A DNA stretch of 64,000 nt, from NCBI GenBank assembly GCA_031396445.1, contig JANNKU010000114.1:13877-77876 (forward strand). The letters run 5' to 3'. Below, one piece after another: positions 45,874 to 55,844 of the stretch; within the stretch, counting starts at the first letter, position 1, and every line of letters begins with the position of its first letter. Both the position numbers and the translations under genes were made by a program. Under the pieces are notes generated by a model. The model was not told the origin of the DNA and ran no database searches. It was given only the letters and a program-made list of their open reading frames with translations. This DNA comes from Deltaproteobacteria bacterium. GTDB lineage: Bacteria > Myxococcota_A > UBA9160 > PR03.

Positions 45874-46788
45874 TCAGCTCAAGAGGATCAGCACGACGCC
45901 GCCGACGATGGCTGTCATAGCGGGGATCTGCCTTGCCAAGCCGCGTTCGTGGAACCAGAGCGCGGAGATGACGATCGAGATCGGCGCTTCGAGTTGGCCG
46001 ACGGCGCGTACGTAGGCGACGAGCGTCAGGCCGAAAGCCCAGAACCAGCACAAGCTGCCGACGAAGCCGGTGACGCCGATGCCGAGCATCGTGCGCCAGA
46101 GCGACGCCGTCCGGCGTAGCTCACCCGGGCGCATCCACACGACCGCGGGCGTCGCGAGCGCAACCTGCATCCACGCGACATGGAACACGGTGAACGCAGC
46201 GGGCTCGAAGCGGCCGTCCGCGAGTCGCGGGTTGACGGCGACGAGTTGCGCAATCGCTTCCTTGAAGAAGAACGCGGTGAACGCGAAGAGAGCGGCGCAG
46301 GTCAGCGCGTAGATCGAACCGCGGTCGAGCACGAACATGCGCCGCCAACCGATGCCGTCGTCGTCCGGTCGCGCGAGGTTCATCAGCAGCACGCCGAAGG
46401 TCGAGAGCAGGATGCCGGCCCAGCCGAGCAGCGTGGGCACTTCGCCGAAGAGTGCGAGCCCCACCGCCGCACCGAACACCGTCTCCAGCTTGTGCAGCGC
46501 GACCGACTGCGAGAACGACGACACCTGGAACGCTGCGACGAGTGCGACGTTCGCGAGCAGCTGCGTCACCGCGCCGACCAGTGCCCACGCAAAGAACGTC
46601 CCCGAAAGTTGCGGCGAGCCGTGCCAGAGGGCGAGGCCGAGTGCGAGTGCGGCCGAGAACGGCAGCGTGAACGCGAAACGCGACCAGGCCGTCAACGCGG
46701 GCGATACCTGCCCGACGAGCTGACGCGACAATGCGTTGCGCAGCGCCTGCACCGTCGCGGCCACGATCGTCAGAAGGACCCAGAGCAA
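45874..46788 (-). CDS. EamA/DMT family transporter
   Basis: 304 aa with ten predicted TM helices in two EamA-like halves. Confidence 0.85.
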   Translation of the reverse strand: MLWVLLTIVAATVQALRNALSRQLVGQVSPALTAWSRFAFTLPFSAALALGLALWHGSPQLSGTFFAWALVGAVTQLLANVALVAAFQVSSFSQSVALHKLETVFGAAVGLALFGEVPTLLGWAGILLSTFGVLLMNLARPDDDGIGWRRMFVLDRGSIYALTCAALFAFTAFFFKEAIAQLVAVNPRLADGRFEPAAFTVFHVAWMQVALATPAVVWMRPGELRRTASLWRTMLGIGVTGFVGSLCWFWAFGLTLVAYVRAVGQLEAPISIVISALWFHERGLARQIPAMTAIVGGVVLILLS

Positions 46789-46794
46789 TCGGCG

Positions 46795-48276
46795 CTACGA
46801 CCGGCGCAAGGTGCGCCCCGGACGTGCGCCGGTGTGCGCGCCGTCTCGCACGACGGACCTGCCATTCACGAAGACGTGCGCGATGCCGGCGGGCGGCTGC
46901 TGCGGATCCTCGTAGGTGGCGATGTCGGCGATGCGCGCGGGATCGAAGACGACGAGATCCGCAAACGCGCCGCTGCGCACTTCGCCGCGATCGACGAGGC
47001 CGAACTTCCGCGCGGGAAAACCAGTCATCCGGTGCACCGCTTCTTCGATTGAGAGCAGACCGGTGTCGCGCGCGTAGTGGCCGAGCACGCGCGCGAAGGT
47101 TCCGTAGAGACGCGGGTGCGGTTTGCCATGCAACGTCGGCAGGCCGTCGGAGCCGATCATCGTGGTGGGATGACGCATCACGGTGCACACGTCCTCTTCG
47201 CACATCACGTGCATCACGACGGTGGCGCCCATGCCTTCGGCATCGAGTACCCGGCGCGCGGCGTCGATCGGCGACAGATCCCACGCGTCTGCGAGCGCCG
47301 CGATCGTCTTGCCTTCCCACTCGGGATGCTGCGGCGCCGAGGAGAGCTGGATGTCTTCGGGCCGACCGCGCCCGATGCCGCCGCCGCCTTCGAGATACGA
47401 GAGGATGGCTGCCAGCACCGTGCTCGCGGCGGTATACGGATACTGATCCGCCGTGACGTCGAGACCGCGCGCGCGCGCCGCTTCGATCAAGTGCAGCGAT
47501 TCGCGCACCTTGCCCCAGTTCTCGCGTCCACTCGCCTTGTGGTGCGAGATCTGCACCGGAACGCCCGCGCGCTCGCCGATCTCGATCGACTCGCGCACCG
47601 AGTCGAGCAGGCCCGTTCCTTCGTCGCGCATGTGTGTCGCGTAGAGACCGCCCGTCGCCGCGAACTCGTGCGCCAACACGACGAGTTCGTCGGTGTGCGC
47701 GTGTTTGCCGGGCTCGTAGATCAATCCGGTGGAGAAACCGACGCAGCCGGCGGCGACGCCCTCTTGCACCAGGCCGCGCATGCGATCCATTTCGGCGTCG
47801 CTCGGCGCGCGCGCGTCGCCGCCCATCGCGGCGGCGCGCACCACGCCGTGGCCCACGAGCGCTGCGACGTTGCAACTCGCCGGCGCCGCATCGAGATGAT
47901 CGAGATAGCCGCCATAGCCTTCCCATTCCGGCAGCGTCTGGCCCGGATGGAACGCCGCCGCGAAGGCGCGTGCTTGCGGCTGCGGCGCCGCGCCCATGCC
48001 GCAGTTGCCGACGACCACCGTCGTGACACCGCCCTGCACCTTGAATCCCATCTCCGGAACCAGCACGACGGCGAAGTCGTCGTGCGTATGGACGTCGAGA
48101 AAGCCGGGCGCGACCGCGAGGCCGCGCGCATCGAGCGTCGCGGCGCCGGCAGGATCGAGCGAAGGCGCGATCGCCGCGATCCGATCGTCGCGCACCGCGA
48201 CGTCGGCGTGGCGGCCGGCGGCACCCGTTCCGTCGTAGAGCATCGCGCCCTGAATCACCAGGTCATACGTGGACAT
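46795..48276 (-). CDS. D-aminoacylase (N-acyl-D-amino-acid deacylase) family amidohydrolase
   Basis: Starts YDLVIQGAMLYDGTG...APGFLDVHTHDD. I prefer the ATG at 48276, which is preceded by GAGGGGGGA. The track start at 48297 is an alternative. Confidence 0.85.
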   Translation of the reverse strand: MSTYDLVIQGAMLYDGTGAAGRHADVAVRDDRIAAIAPSLDPAGAATLDARGLAVAPGFLDVHTHDDFAVVLVPEMGFKVQGGVTTVVVGNCGMGAAPQPQARAFAAAFHPGQTLPEWEGYGGYLDHLDAAPASCNVAALVGHGVVRAAAMGGDARAPSDAEMDRMRGLVQEGVAAGCVGFSTGLIYEPGKHAHTDELVVLAHEFAATGGLYATHMRDEGTGLLDSVRESIEIGERAGVPVQISHHKASGRENWGKVRESLHLIEAARARGLDVTADQYPYTAASTVLAAILSYLEGGGGIGRGRPEDIQLSSAPQHPEWEGKTIAALADAWDLSPIDAARRVLDAEGMGATVVMHVMCEEDVCTVMRHPTTMIGSDGLPTLHGKPHPRLYGTFARVLGHYARDTGLLSIEEAVHRMTGFPARKFGLVDRGEVRSGAFADLVVFDPARIADIATYEDPQQPPAGIAHVFVNGRSVVRDGAHTGARPGRTLRRS

Positions 48277-48339
48277 GGAATCCCCCCTCTCAGGCATCGG
48301 CCCAGCCTGAAGCGCGACACCAACCGAACGGCGCCGGCG

Positions 48340-49551
48340 CTAGCGAACCGGCAACGCGACCAGGCCCCGCAACACCGGACTCGGTCGGTAGGTCAGCGTC
48401 TCGCTCGCCAGCTCCAGCTTTGGGTAGCGATCGAGGAGCGCGTCGAAGGCGATCTCCGCTTCGAGTCGCGCGAGCGGCGCACCCAGGCAGAAGTGCGCGC
48501 CGTAGCCGAGCGACAGGTGATGGTTGTTGGCGCGGCCGAGATCCAGTCGATCGGGATCCTCGAAGACTTCGGGATCGCGGTTTGCGGCGCCGATGCCGGT
48601 CATCACCAGCGCGCCGGTCGGAAGCGTCGTGTCATCGATCGTGAACGGTTCGAGAGCGACGCGTGCGGTCGCTTGCACCGGACTGTCGTAGCGGAGCAAC
48701 TCGTCGATCGCGGAACGCAGCAGCGTGCGATCGTCGCGCAGCCGCGCGAACTGATCCGGATTGCGCAGCAGCGCGAGCATTCCGTTGCCGATCAGGTTCG
48801 TCGTGGTTTCGTGGCCCGCGATGAGCAGCAGGTTGCTGGTCGCGAGCAGCTCGCCATCGCTGAGCGCATCGCGTTCCTCCTGCGCCGCGAGCATCGCGGA
48901 GATCAAATCGTCCTGCGGCGCCTTGCGGCGCTCGGCGATGATGCCGCGCAGGTAGTCGAGGAGGTTCGCGAGCGCGCTCTCGAAGTTCGCTCGCGCATCG
49001 AGCGGATTGACGGAGGCAATCGCCGACACCAACGCGCTCGACCACTCCTTGAATTGGCGATGATCCGCGGCCGGAACGCCGAGCAGCTCCGCGATCACGA
49101 TCGCCGGCAACGGCGCCGCGACTGCGTCGATCAGATCGAAGTCGCTCGCGCCATCGATCGCGTCGAGCAGCTCCGTGACGATCGCCTCGATGCGCGGTCG
49201 AAGCTCCGCGACACGGCGCGGCGTAAACGCCTTCGAGACGAGGCCACGCACGCGTGTGTGGTCGGGCGGATCCATCAGCAGCATCGAGCGCAGGCCGCCG
49301 TCTTCGCCGAGCGCTGCGTTGAGCGGTAAGCGGTCCTTGAACTGCTCGACGATCGCCGCCTGCCGCCGATCCACCGAGAAGCGCGAATCCTTCAGCACCG
49401 CCTGCACATCGCGATGACGCGTCAGGATCCAGAGTCCGGGTGAATCGGCATCGCCGACCGGCACCCGGAACACCGGGTTGTTGGTGCGCAGCATCCGATA
49501 GAACGGATACGGATCCTGCAACAGCTCCGGCGGCGGGAACGCGGCGCTCAC
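48340..49551 (-). CDS. Cytochrome P450
   Basis: Trimmed to GTG 49551, which forms a GTGA overlap with the upstream stop. It has the I-helix AGHETT, the EXXR motif ELLR, and the Cys-ligand loop LGYGAHFCLGAPLA. Confidence 0.9.
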   Translation of the reverse strand: MSAAFPPPELLQDPYPFYRMLRTNNPVFRVPVGDADSPGLWILTRHRDVQAVLKDSRFSVDRRQAAIVEQFKDRLPLNAALGEDGGLRSMLLMDPPDHTRVRGLVSKAFTPRRVAELRPRIEAIVTELLDAIDGASDFDLIDAVAAPLPAIVIAELLGVPAADHRQFKEWSSALVSAIASVNPLDARANFESALANLLDYLRGIIAERRKAPQDDLISAMLAAQEERDALSDGELLATSNLLLIAGHETTTNLIGNGMLALLRNPDQFARLRDDRTLLRSAIDELLRYDSPVQATARVALEPFTIDDTTLPTGALVMTGIGAANRDPEVFEDPDRLDLGRANNHHLSLGYGAHFCLGAPLARLEAEIAFDALLDRYPKLELASETLTYRPSPVLRGLVALPVR

Positions 49552-52472
49552 AGGCAGCCCGCGGCGGCCCCGACACAGAACGGGAACTCGTTGCTCAGCG
49601 GACCCTTCGGATTCTGGAGTTGAAGCAGATGCGTGCCGGCCGGCGGCAGCGCGCCGAGCGTCACGCGCACCACGTTCGAGGAGCAATAGATCGGCGCGAA
49701 GGTGCCGCCCTGGCAGGTGAGCGTCGCCGCCACGGGTTGCCCGTCGATGAACGCGATCGAATCAGAGCGCACCGTCTGCCCGTTGAGCGTGATCGGCAGA
49801 TTGCTCGCGAGCACCGGCAGCGGCGGATCGCCGGTTGCGCCATTGCCGGTTCCCGTCGTGGCGAGCAGTGGCTGCGCGAAATCGGTAAAGCCGACGTTCT
49901 CGCGCAACTGCCCCGTCAACGTGATCTGCGTCGTGCCGGCCTGCGCCTCCGCGATCAGCTGGGCGCGCGTGAGTGAAACGCCGCCCTCGCCTTGATAGAG
50001 GCTCGTGTCGGCGCGGTAGGAGAGCGTCGCCGCTGCGAAGCCGCTGCCCGCGTTGCGCACGCCGGTGCCGCGCACGTTCGCGACACCGCGCAGATCCGCC
50101 GCCTCGAGCGTCGCGAGCGCGGCCGTCGTCGCCGCGAGATGCGCTGCGTCGGTGGTGCGCGGGCCCACGCTCACCTGGCGCCCGAGCGCGCCCGAGTGTC
50201 CCGTGCTCGCCTCTTCAAACATCTGGAACATCGGAAGCGGGAACACGTTGTAGGCGGGCTGGAACGCGACGAAGGTGGCCGCGAATACCGTGAGTTCGTC
50301 GAGACCGATCGCCGGGTTCCACGGAATCACGCCGAGATTCGTGAACGGCGCCACCGTATCGAGCACTTCCTGAGGCGACGTGAAGCCGCCGGAGAACTGG
50401 AGATAGCGATCCGTCATGCCGCGCATCGTCGGCGCTTCGAAACCGCCGACCGCGATCGAGTTCGTCGAGGTGCCGAGCGGTAGTGCGTGGCAACCGCCAG
50501 TGGTGTCGGCGCAGGTGTTCGCGGTATTGCCGCCGTTGCCGCCCTGATCCATGAAGAAATCGGAGAATCCGTTGCGCGCGATCGTCGAAACGGCGTCGCT
50601 TGCCGGCCGCGAGCGCGCGGGCGGATACGAGACGCTCTGCATGTAGGTCGCGATGTCTTCGCGCTCGGCCTCGGTGAGTGCGCCCGGCAGACCCGATGGG
50701 CCGACCGCGCAGCTCGGCTGCATGCACATCACGCTCGACAGGCTCGCGTTCACCAACTGGCGGAAGCAGGCCTGCTCGCCGCCGGCGAGGCTGCAATTCG
50801 CGGGCGCCGTGCCGTTGATTCCCACGTCGCCGTTGCGACCGCCGATCGGGTCGCCGAGCGTGCCGTCCCAATGCAGCGGCAGCGTTCCGCGCAGGCCGCG
50901 GATCGGCATCGTCGAGCGCTGCTCCTCTTGATCACAACCCGCTTGCGAGCACTCGGCGCCGATCACCCAGAGCAGTTGATCGACGTGCGCGTCGGGATGG
51001 CAGCTCGCGCACGAGAAAGTGCCCGAAGTGGAGGCGCGCGCGGCGTTGAACGCGATGCGACCGCGCTGCACGGCGAGCGGCGTGCGGTCGAAGCCGACCG
51101 CGACCTGGAACGCCGCGACGAGCGAGAGATCGCCGCCGGCGCCCACGTTCACGACGCTCACGGTGTTCGCGAGCGTGTTGAGCACGTAGGCGGTGCCGGT
51201 CGAGCCGGTCGATGCGAAGACGACACCGCGCGGGTTCGCACCGACGGCGAGCGTATCGAGCACCGCGAGCGACGACGCGTCGAGCGTCGCGACGCGATCC
51301 GAGCCGGCCGCCGTCATCACCAACACGTTGCCGTCGCCGCTGACCTGGATGCCATACGGCGTTGCGAGCGGCGTCGGTACCGCGCTGCCCGGTCCCGGCT
51401 CGAGATCGACACGGATCGGCGCCGCGCAGCTCGCGCCGGCGCAATCGATGCGCGTCACGCGATTGCGGAAGGCGCGGTTCTGCAAATCGGCGAGGCCACG
51501 CCCTTCGCCTTCGGGCGGCTGCGCAGCGAGGCCGTTCCCATCCTGATCGTGGTTGCGCGCATCGGTGTTTGCGACGAAGACGCGTCCGCCGCCATCGACT
51601 GCGACACCGTAGAGCAGCGTTCCCACACCGGTGACCGGCGCGCCGATCGGCAGATCGGTGGCGGTGTCGAAGACGAAGAGATCGCGGTCGGGCACGTCGG
51701 GATCGACGACGATGTTCTTCGGCACGCCCGGCAGATTCGGATTCGCCGCGACGTTGAGCACTTCGTTGAAACCGAAGGTGCATTGCGAGGTGCCATCGGC
51801 GAAGGTGCACACCGAGAGCTCGGATTGGTTGCCCGACTCGAAGGCCGTCACATAGAGCCGGCCGTCGCGCACGGTGATCGCGCGCGGATCCTGCGCGGTG
51901 ATTGCGAGCGTGCCGCTGACGACGTAGTTGACGGCATCGACAATCGCGATGCGGTTGCGCGACGACAGCGCCACATACGCCTTCTGGTTGCTGGCGAACG
52001 CGACGCCGACCGGCTCGTCGAACGCGGTGACGCCGTTCGCGTCCACCTGCTGCACGGTCTCGATGACGGTGTGCAGCGTCGCGTTCGCCGCATCGGTGTC
52101 GATCACACTCACCGAATCGGAGACGTGATTGGCGACCCAGAGCTGCTTGCCATCGGGCCGCAGCGCGAGCGCCACCGGCTCGATGCCAACACGCACCACC
52201 GCGAGGCGCGTACGCGTGGCGGTGTCGTAGACCTCGACGGTATTCGAGGTCGTGTTGGCGACATAGAGACGAGTCGCGTCGGGCGACAGCGCCAGCGGAT
52301 TCGACTGCGGGCTCTCGAAGAGCTCGAAGCCCGCGTCTTCGTGCACCCGCGGCCGCGCGCCTTGCGAAGGCGGCGCCTGCGCGACGAGCACGCCGAGTGC
52401 TGCGCAGCACACCAACACGAAGCGAGGGAAACGCCGCGAAGCGCCAAAGATCAGGAACCGCTGCAACGACAT
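49548..52472 (-). CDS. Secreted YVTN-type beta-propeller / haem-c peroxidase-like / C-terminal IPT-TIG fusion protein
   Basis: Trimmed to ATG 52472 (MSLQRFLIF...VAQAPPSQGA, signal peptide), with GGGAGG 5 nt upstream. It has repeated LYVAN/VWVAN..SVSVID blades, CASCH at 50997-51011, and an Ig-like tail ITLNGQTV...LQLQNPKGPLSNEF. Confidence 0.75.
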   Translation of the reverse strand: MSLQRFLIFGASRRFPRFVLVCCAALGVLVAQAPPSQGARPRVHEDAGFELFESPQSNPLALSPDATRLYVANTTSNTVEVYDTATRTRLAVVRVGIEPVALALRPDGKQLWVANHVSDSVSVIDTDAANATLHTVIETVQQVDANGVTAFDEPVGVAFASNQKAYVALSSRNRIAIVDAVNYVVSGTLAITAQDPRAITVRDGRLYVTAFESGNQSELSVCTFADGTSQCTFGFNEVLNVAANPNLPGVPKNIVVDPDVPDRDLFVFDTATDLPIGAPVTGVGTLLYGVAVDGGGRVFVANTDARNHDQDGNGLAAQPPEGEGRGLADLQNRAFRNRVTRIDCAGASCAAPIRVDLEPGPGSAVPTPLATPYGIQVSGDGNVLVMTAAGSDRVATLDASSLAVLDTLAVGANPRGVVFASTGSTGTAYVLNTLANTVSVVNVGAGGDLSLVAAFQVAVGFDRTPLAVQRGRIAFNAARASTSGTFSCASCHPDAHVDQLLWVIGAECSQAGCDQEEQRSTMPIRGLRGTLPLHWDGTLGDPIGGRNGDVGINGTAPANCSLAGGEQACFRQLVNASLSSVMCMQPSCAVGPSGLPGALTEAEREDIATYMQSVSYPPARSRPASDAVSTIARNGFSDFFMDQGGNGGNTANTCADTTGGCHALPLGTSTNSIAVGGFEAPTMRGMTDRYLQFSGGFTSPQEVLDTVAPFTNLGVIPWNPAIGLDELTVFAATFVAFQPAYNVFPLPMFQMFEEASTGHSGALGRQVSVGPRTTDAAHLAATTAALATLEAADLRGVANVRGTGVRNAGSGFAAATLSYRADTSLYQGEGGVSLTRAQLIAEAQAGTTQITLTGQLRENVGFTDFAQPLLATTGTGNGATGDPPLPVLASNLPITLNGQTVRSDSIAFIDGQPVAATLTCQGGTFAPIYCSSNVVRVTLGALPPAGTHLLQLQNPKGPLSNEFPFCVGAAAGCL

Positions 52473-52632
52473 CACACCTCCCTCGAGCCACGACCGCGTA
52501 AGCCGCGCCATCCTACAACGAGGCGACGCATCGAGGGCATGCAATCCGCCCGGCATCGGCGGTATTCGCGCATCCCGGCGTCAGAGCTCTGCTGGCACGC
52601 CATCCCCGTCGCAGCTAAACACGATCGCCGTC

Positions 52633-53517
52633 ATGTCGTCGTCTCCCGCCAAAGATTCCGCGCTCGAAGCCACACCGATCCAATTCGTTGGTCGCGATGG
52701 CATCGCGCTCGTCGGCGATGCCTACGGTGATCCTTCGCATCTGCCCGTGCTGCTGCTGCACGGCGGTGGACAAACGCGCTTCGCGTGGGGTGCCACCGCT
52801 GCGCAACTCGCGGCGGACGGCTGGTACGCCGTGTCGATGGATCTGCGCGGCCACGGCGACAGCGCGTGGGACGACGTCGGCGACTACAGCGTAAACGCCT
52901 ACGTCGATGACGTGCGCGCGGTCGTGCCGCAGCTCGGCGCGAAGCCGGTGTTGGTCGGCGCCTCGCTCGGCGGCATCGCGTCGCTGCTCGCCGAGGGCGA
53001 GTCCGACACATCCCTGTGCGCCGCGATCGTGCTGGTGGACATCGCGCCGCGGATCGAGCGCTCCGGCGCGCTGCGCGTCATCGAGTTCATGGAAGGCAGC
53101 GCCGACGGCTTCGCGTCGCTCGACGAAGCCGCCGACGCCGTCGCCGCCTACCTCCCGCATCGCGAACGCCCGCGCGATCTCTCGGGTCTCGCGAAAAACC
53201 TGCGCACGCTGCCGAGCGGCCGACTGCGCTGGCATTGGGATCCGCGCTTTCTGCTCGCAGGCCACGGACCGATGCCCGGCCAGGAGCCCGACCGCCTGCG
53301 CGCCGCCGCGCTCAAACTACGCGTCCCCACCTTGTTGGTACGCGGCAAACTCTCCGACCTACTCTCCGAAGAAGGCGCGCGCGAATTCCTCGACCTCGTC
53401 CCGCACGCGCGCTTCGCCGACGTCTCCGACGCCGGCCACATGGTCGCGGGCGATCGCAATGACCGCTTCAGCGCCGCAGTGATCGCGTTCCTGCAAGAAG
53501 TCAGAGAGAAGCGTTGA
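52633..53517 (+). CDS. Alpha/beta hydrolase
   Basis: 294 aa, with [15 protein letters not shown] and the nucleophile elbow GASLGG. Confidence 0.85.
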   Translation: MSSSPAKDSALEATPIQFVGRDGIALVGDAYGDPSHLPVLLLHGGGQTRFAWGATAAQLAADGWYAVSMDLRGHGDSAWDDVGDYSVNAYVDDVRAVVPQLGAKPVLVGASLGGIASLLAEGESDTSLCAAIVLVDIAPRIERSGALRVIEFMEGSADGFASLDEAADAVAAYLPHRERPRDLSGLAKNLRTLPSGRLRWHWDPRFLLAGHGPMPGQEPDRLRAAALKLRVPTLLVRGKLSDLLSEEGAREFLDLVPHARFADVSDAGHMVAGDRNDRFSAAVIAFLQEVREKR

Positions 53518-54674
53518 GCTTCCGCGACAGGACAGCAATCGCCGGCATCGGCGAAACCGAATACGTGCGCGGCTCGAGTCGCAGCGCCGTCGAGTTGATG
53601 ATCGAAGCCGCACACGCCGCGATCGCCGACGCAGGTCTCTCGCCGAGCGAGATCGACGGCGTGATCCCGCCGCCGATCCACACCTTCTCCGAAGAACTCG
53701 CCGTGAATCTCGGCATCGAGCACATGAACTACGCGGCCACCGTGACGATGGGCGGCGCGAGTCCCACCGCAGCGTTGCAGAGCGCGGCGATGGCGATCAC
53801 CACCGGCATCGCAAAGCACGTACTGATCGTGCTCGGCTGGAACGGCTACTCCGACTTCCGCCCCGGCAAACGCCGCTCCACGCTCGGCGCCAACCCGATG
53901 ACCCACACGATCCGCGATTTCTATCTGCCCTACGCCGCCGTTCGCCCCGTGCAGATGTACGCATGGCTCGCGATGCGCCACATGAAACTCTACGGCGTCA
54001 CAGCCGAGTCGATGGGCGCCGTCGCCGTCGCCTGCCGCAAACACGCGCAACACAACGAACGCGCCGCGATGCGCGGCAAGCCGCTCACGATGGACGACTA
54101 CCTCGCCTCGCGCTGGATCTCCGAACCCTTCCGCCTCTTCGACTGCTGCCTCGAAACCGACGGCGCCGCCGCCGTCGTCGTCACCAGCGCTGAACGCGCG
54201 CGCGACCTGCGACACCATCCGGTGCGCATCCTCGCCGCCGCCGAAGGCCATCCGTATCCGGCCGACGACATCCCGAGCCGCCGCGACCCGTTCCACGTCG
54301 GCCTCTCCGACGCCGCTCCGCGCGCCTTCGCAATGGCCGGCATCCAGCCGGCAGATCTCGACTTTGCCGAAATCTACGACTGCTTCACCTACGTCGTGCT
54401 GCTGCAACTCGAAGCGCTCGGCCTCTGCAAACGCGGCGAAGCCGGCGAGTTCGTAAAAGGCGGCCGCATCGAACTCGGCGGCGCACTCCCCATCAACACC
54501 CACGGCGGCCTGCTCTCACAAGCGCACGTCTGGGGCATCAACCACATCGTCGAAGCCGTGCGCCAACTGCGCCACGACGCTGGCGCCGCACAAGTCGCTG
54601 GCGCCCAACTCGGACTCGTCACCGGCTGGGGCGACCTCGGCGACGGCTCGCTCGCAATTCTGCGTCGCGAATAG
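53514..54674 (+). CDS. Thiolase-like protein (SCP-x / lipid-transfer type)
   Basis: 386 aa. The TTG start forms a TTGA overlap. Motifs include [10 protein letters not shown] and C-terminal NTHGGLLS. Confidence 0.85.
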   Translation: MSFRDRTAIAGIGETEYVRGSSRSAVELMIEAAHAAIADAGLSPSEIDGVIPPPIHTFSEELAVNLGIEHMNYAATVTMGGASPTAALQSAAMAITTGIAKHVLIVLGWNGYSDFRPGKRRSTLGANPMTHTIRDFYLPYAAVRPVQMYAWLAMRHMKLYGVTAESMGAVAVACRKHAQHNERAAMRGKPLTMDDYLASRWISEPFRLFDCCLETDGAAAVVVTSAERARDLRHHPVRILAAAEGHPYPADDIPSRRDPFHVGLSDAAPRAFAMAGIQPADLDFAEIYDCFTYVVLLQLEALGLCKRGEAGEFVKGGRIELGGALPINTHGGLLSQAHVWGINHIVEAVRQLRHDAGAAQVAGAQLGLVTGWGDLGDGSLAILRRE

Positions 54675-54680
54675 AACCCC

Positions 54681-55091
54681 ATGCCCGCACCCACCAAACC
54701 CCACCTCTCCGCCGACATGGACGACCTCGCCGTCCAGTTCTACGCCGAATGCGCCAAAGGCACTCTCGCATTCCAACGCTGCAAATCCTGCAACACCTGG
54801 CGCCACCTCCCCCGACACGGCTGCGGAACCTGCGGTTCCCCAGAGTGGGAATGGTCCCCCTCGACCGGCCGCGGAAAGATTTTCTCGTGGACCGTCACCC
54901 ACCAGGCCCCATACCCCGGCGTCCCGACACCATACGTGGTCGCCGTGATCGAAGTCGACGAAGGCGTCCGCATGGCAGCAGGCTTGCGCGATGTGGATCA
55001 CGATGCGGTGGAACTCGAAATGCCGGTCGAAGTCGAGATGGTCGCCGTAACCGAGACCGCGTCGGTCCCGTTCTTCCGGCCAGCGAGATAG
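54681..55091 (+). CDS. Zn-ribbon/OB-fold protein (DUF35), thiolase partner
   Basis: 136 aa, with the Zn-ribbon CKSCNTWRHLPRHGCGTCGS followed by an OB-fold. Confidence 0.85.
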   Translation: MPAPTKPHLSADMDDLAVQFYAECAKGTLAFQRCKSCNTWRHLPRHGCGTCGSPEWEWSPSTGRGKIFSWTVTHQAPYPGVPTPYVVAVIEVDEGVRMAAGLRDVDHDAVELEMPVEVEMVAVTETASVPFFRPAR

Positions 55092-55104
55092 TTCGCAAGC
55101 CGCG

Positions 55105-55647
55105 CTAGAGATCGAAGTGCGCTTCGATCCAATCGCTCAGGATCTGCTCGATCGCAGCGGTCTGCGGAGTGCTGGCGCAGGTGCCAAAGCTGAATGCATT
55201 GCTCCATGCAGTGCCGGGCAGTGGTGACGGCTCGTACACGGTCACTTCGTTGTAGATCCAGGGGGCCGATATTGCGATCCCACAAGCCCCGAAGCCGACG
55301 TGCGCGGATTCTGCATCGAGCGCACCCGCATTGACGAGCGCGTCGTGCAGCGCCTTGGCGTCACCCGGCTCGACGAGCCGAATCGGCCCGAACTCTTCCG
55401 CAGCACCATTCACGATCCGAAGCAGCGACGTGCCGCACGCAGTCACCTCGAGCCGCAGCTCGGAAGACCCGAAGAGTCCCGACGCGCGGTTGAGGAAAGA
55501 CACGACCTTTGCGCGGATGGGGTCTTCGTCGGTGCGGAGAAGGCAGGACTGTCCAAACGCCCGCGCGTCCCCAAGCTCGCAGTGACCGATGCCGAGGGCC
55601 GGAACGAGACTGATGATGAGCAACGTCGCGAAGGTTCGAGCTCGCAT
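55105..55647 (-). CDS. Hypothetical exported Cys-containing protein
   Basis: Trimmed from ORF 55105..56169 to ATG 55647 (MRARTFATLLIISLVPALG), 180 aa. I recognise no family. Confidence 0.45.
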   Translation of the reverse strand: MRARTFATLLIISLVPALGIGHCELGDARAFGQSCLLRTDEDPIRAKVVSFLNRASGLFGSSELRLEVTACGTSLLRIVNGAAEEFGPIRLVEPGDAKALHDALVNAGALDAESAHVGFGACGIAISAPWIYNEVTVYEPSPLPGTAWSNAFSFGTCASTPQTAAIEQILSDWIEAHFDL

Positions 55648-55699
55648 TGTCGGCAGCCTATCACGCAATCGCGCCAACCGAGTCGCAACTGCGAAAGCA

Positions 55700-55844
55700 G
55701 GCGCGGGGTGGGAATCCGGAGGCGAAGACAGCCGGGCGGACGCATCGAGATCTTCGCTACGGCAACGGATGCCGCGACACTGGTGGGGCGCAGCCTGACA
55801 GCGAAAGGCGTCCGCCCGTTCGCCGCAGGATCCCACCCCGCGCC
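55700..55844. repeat. 145-nt nested inverted-repeat element (candidate structured RNA or MITE-like element)
   Basis: The outer arms GGCGCGGGGTGGGA(A)TCC (55700-55717) and GGATCCCACCCCGCGCC (55828-55844) pair. The inner arms CGGGCGGACGC (55733-55743) and GCGTCCGCCCG (55808-55818) also pair. Confidence 0.5.

Noticed and set aside
52473-52632. I considered whether the gene-orientation switch here (mostly minus-strand genes to the left, mostly plus-strand to the right) marks a replication origin.
   Set aside because: There are no DnaA-box-like 9-mers, no AT-rich unwinding stretch and no dnaA/dnaN/gyrB nearby. The spacer is only 160 bp and holds a normal RBS (GGGAGG) for the leftward gene.
55700-55844. 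I tried to assign the nested inverted-repeat element to a known riboswitch class.
   Set aside because: Apart from a GGCGAAC-like fragment on the minus strand, vaguely reminiscent of ZTP/pfl motifs, none of the conserved cores I remember (TPP, cobalamin B12-box, glycine, c-di-GMP, fluoride, guanidine, ZTP pseudoknot CCGCCUGGGC) is present.
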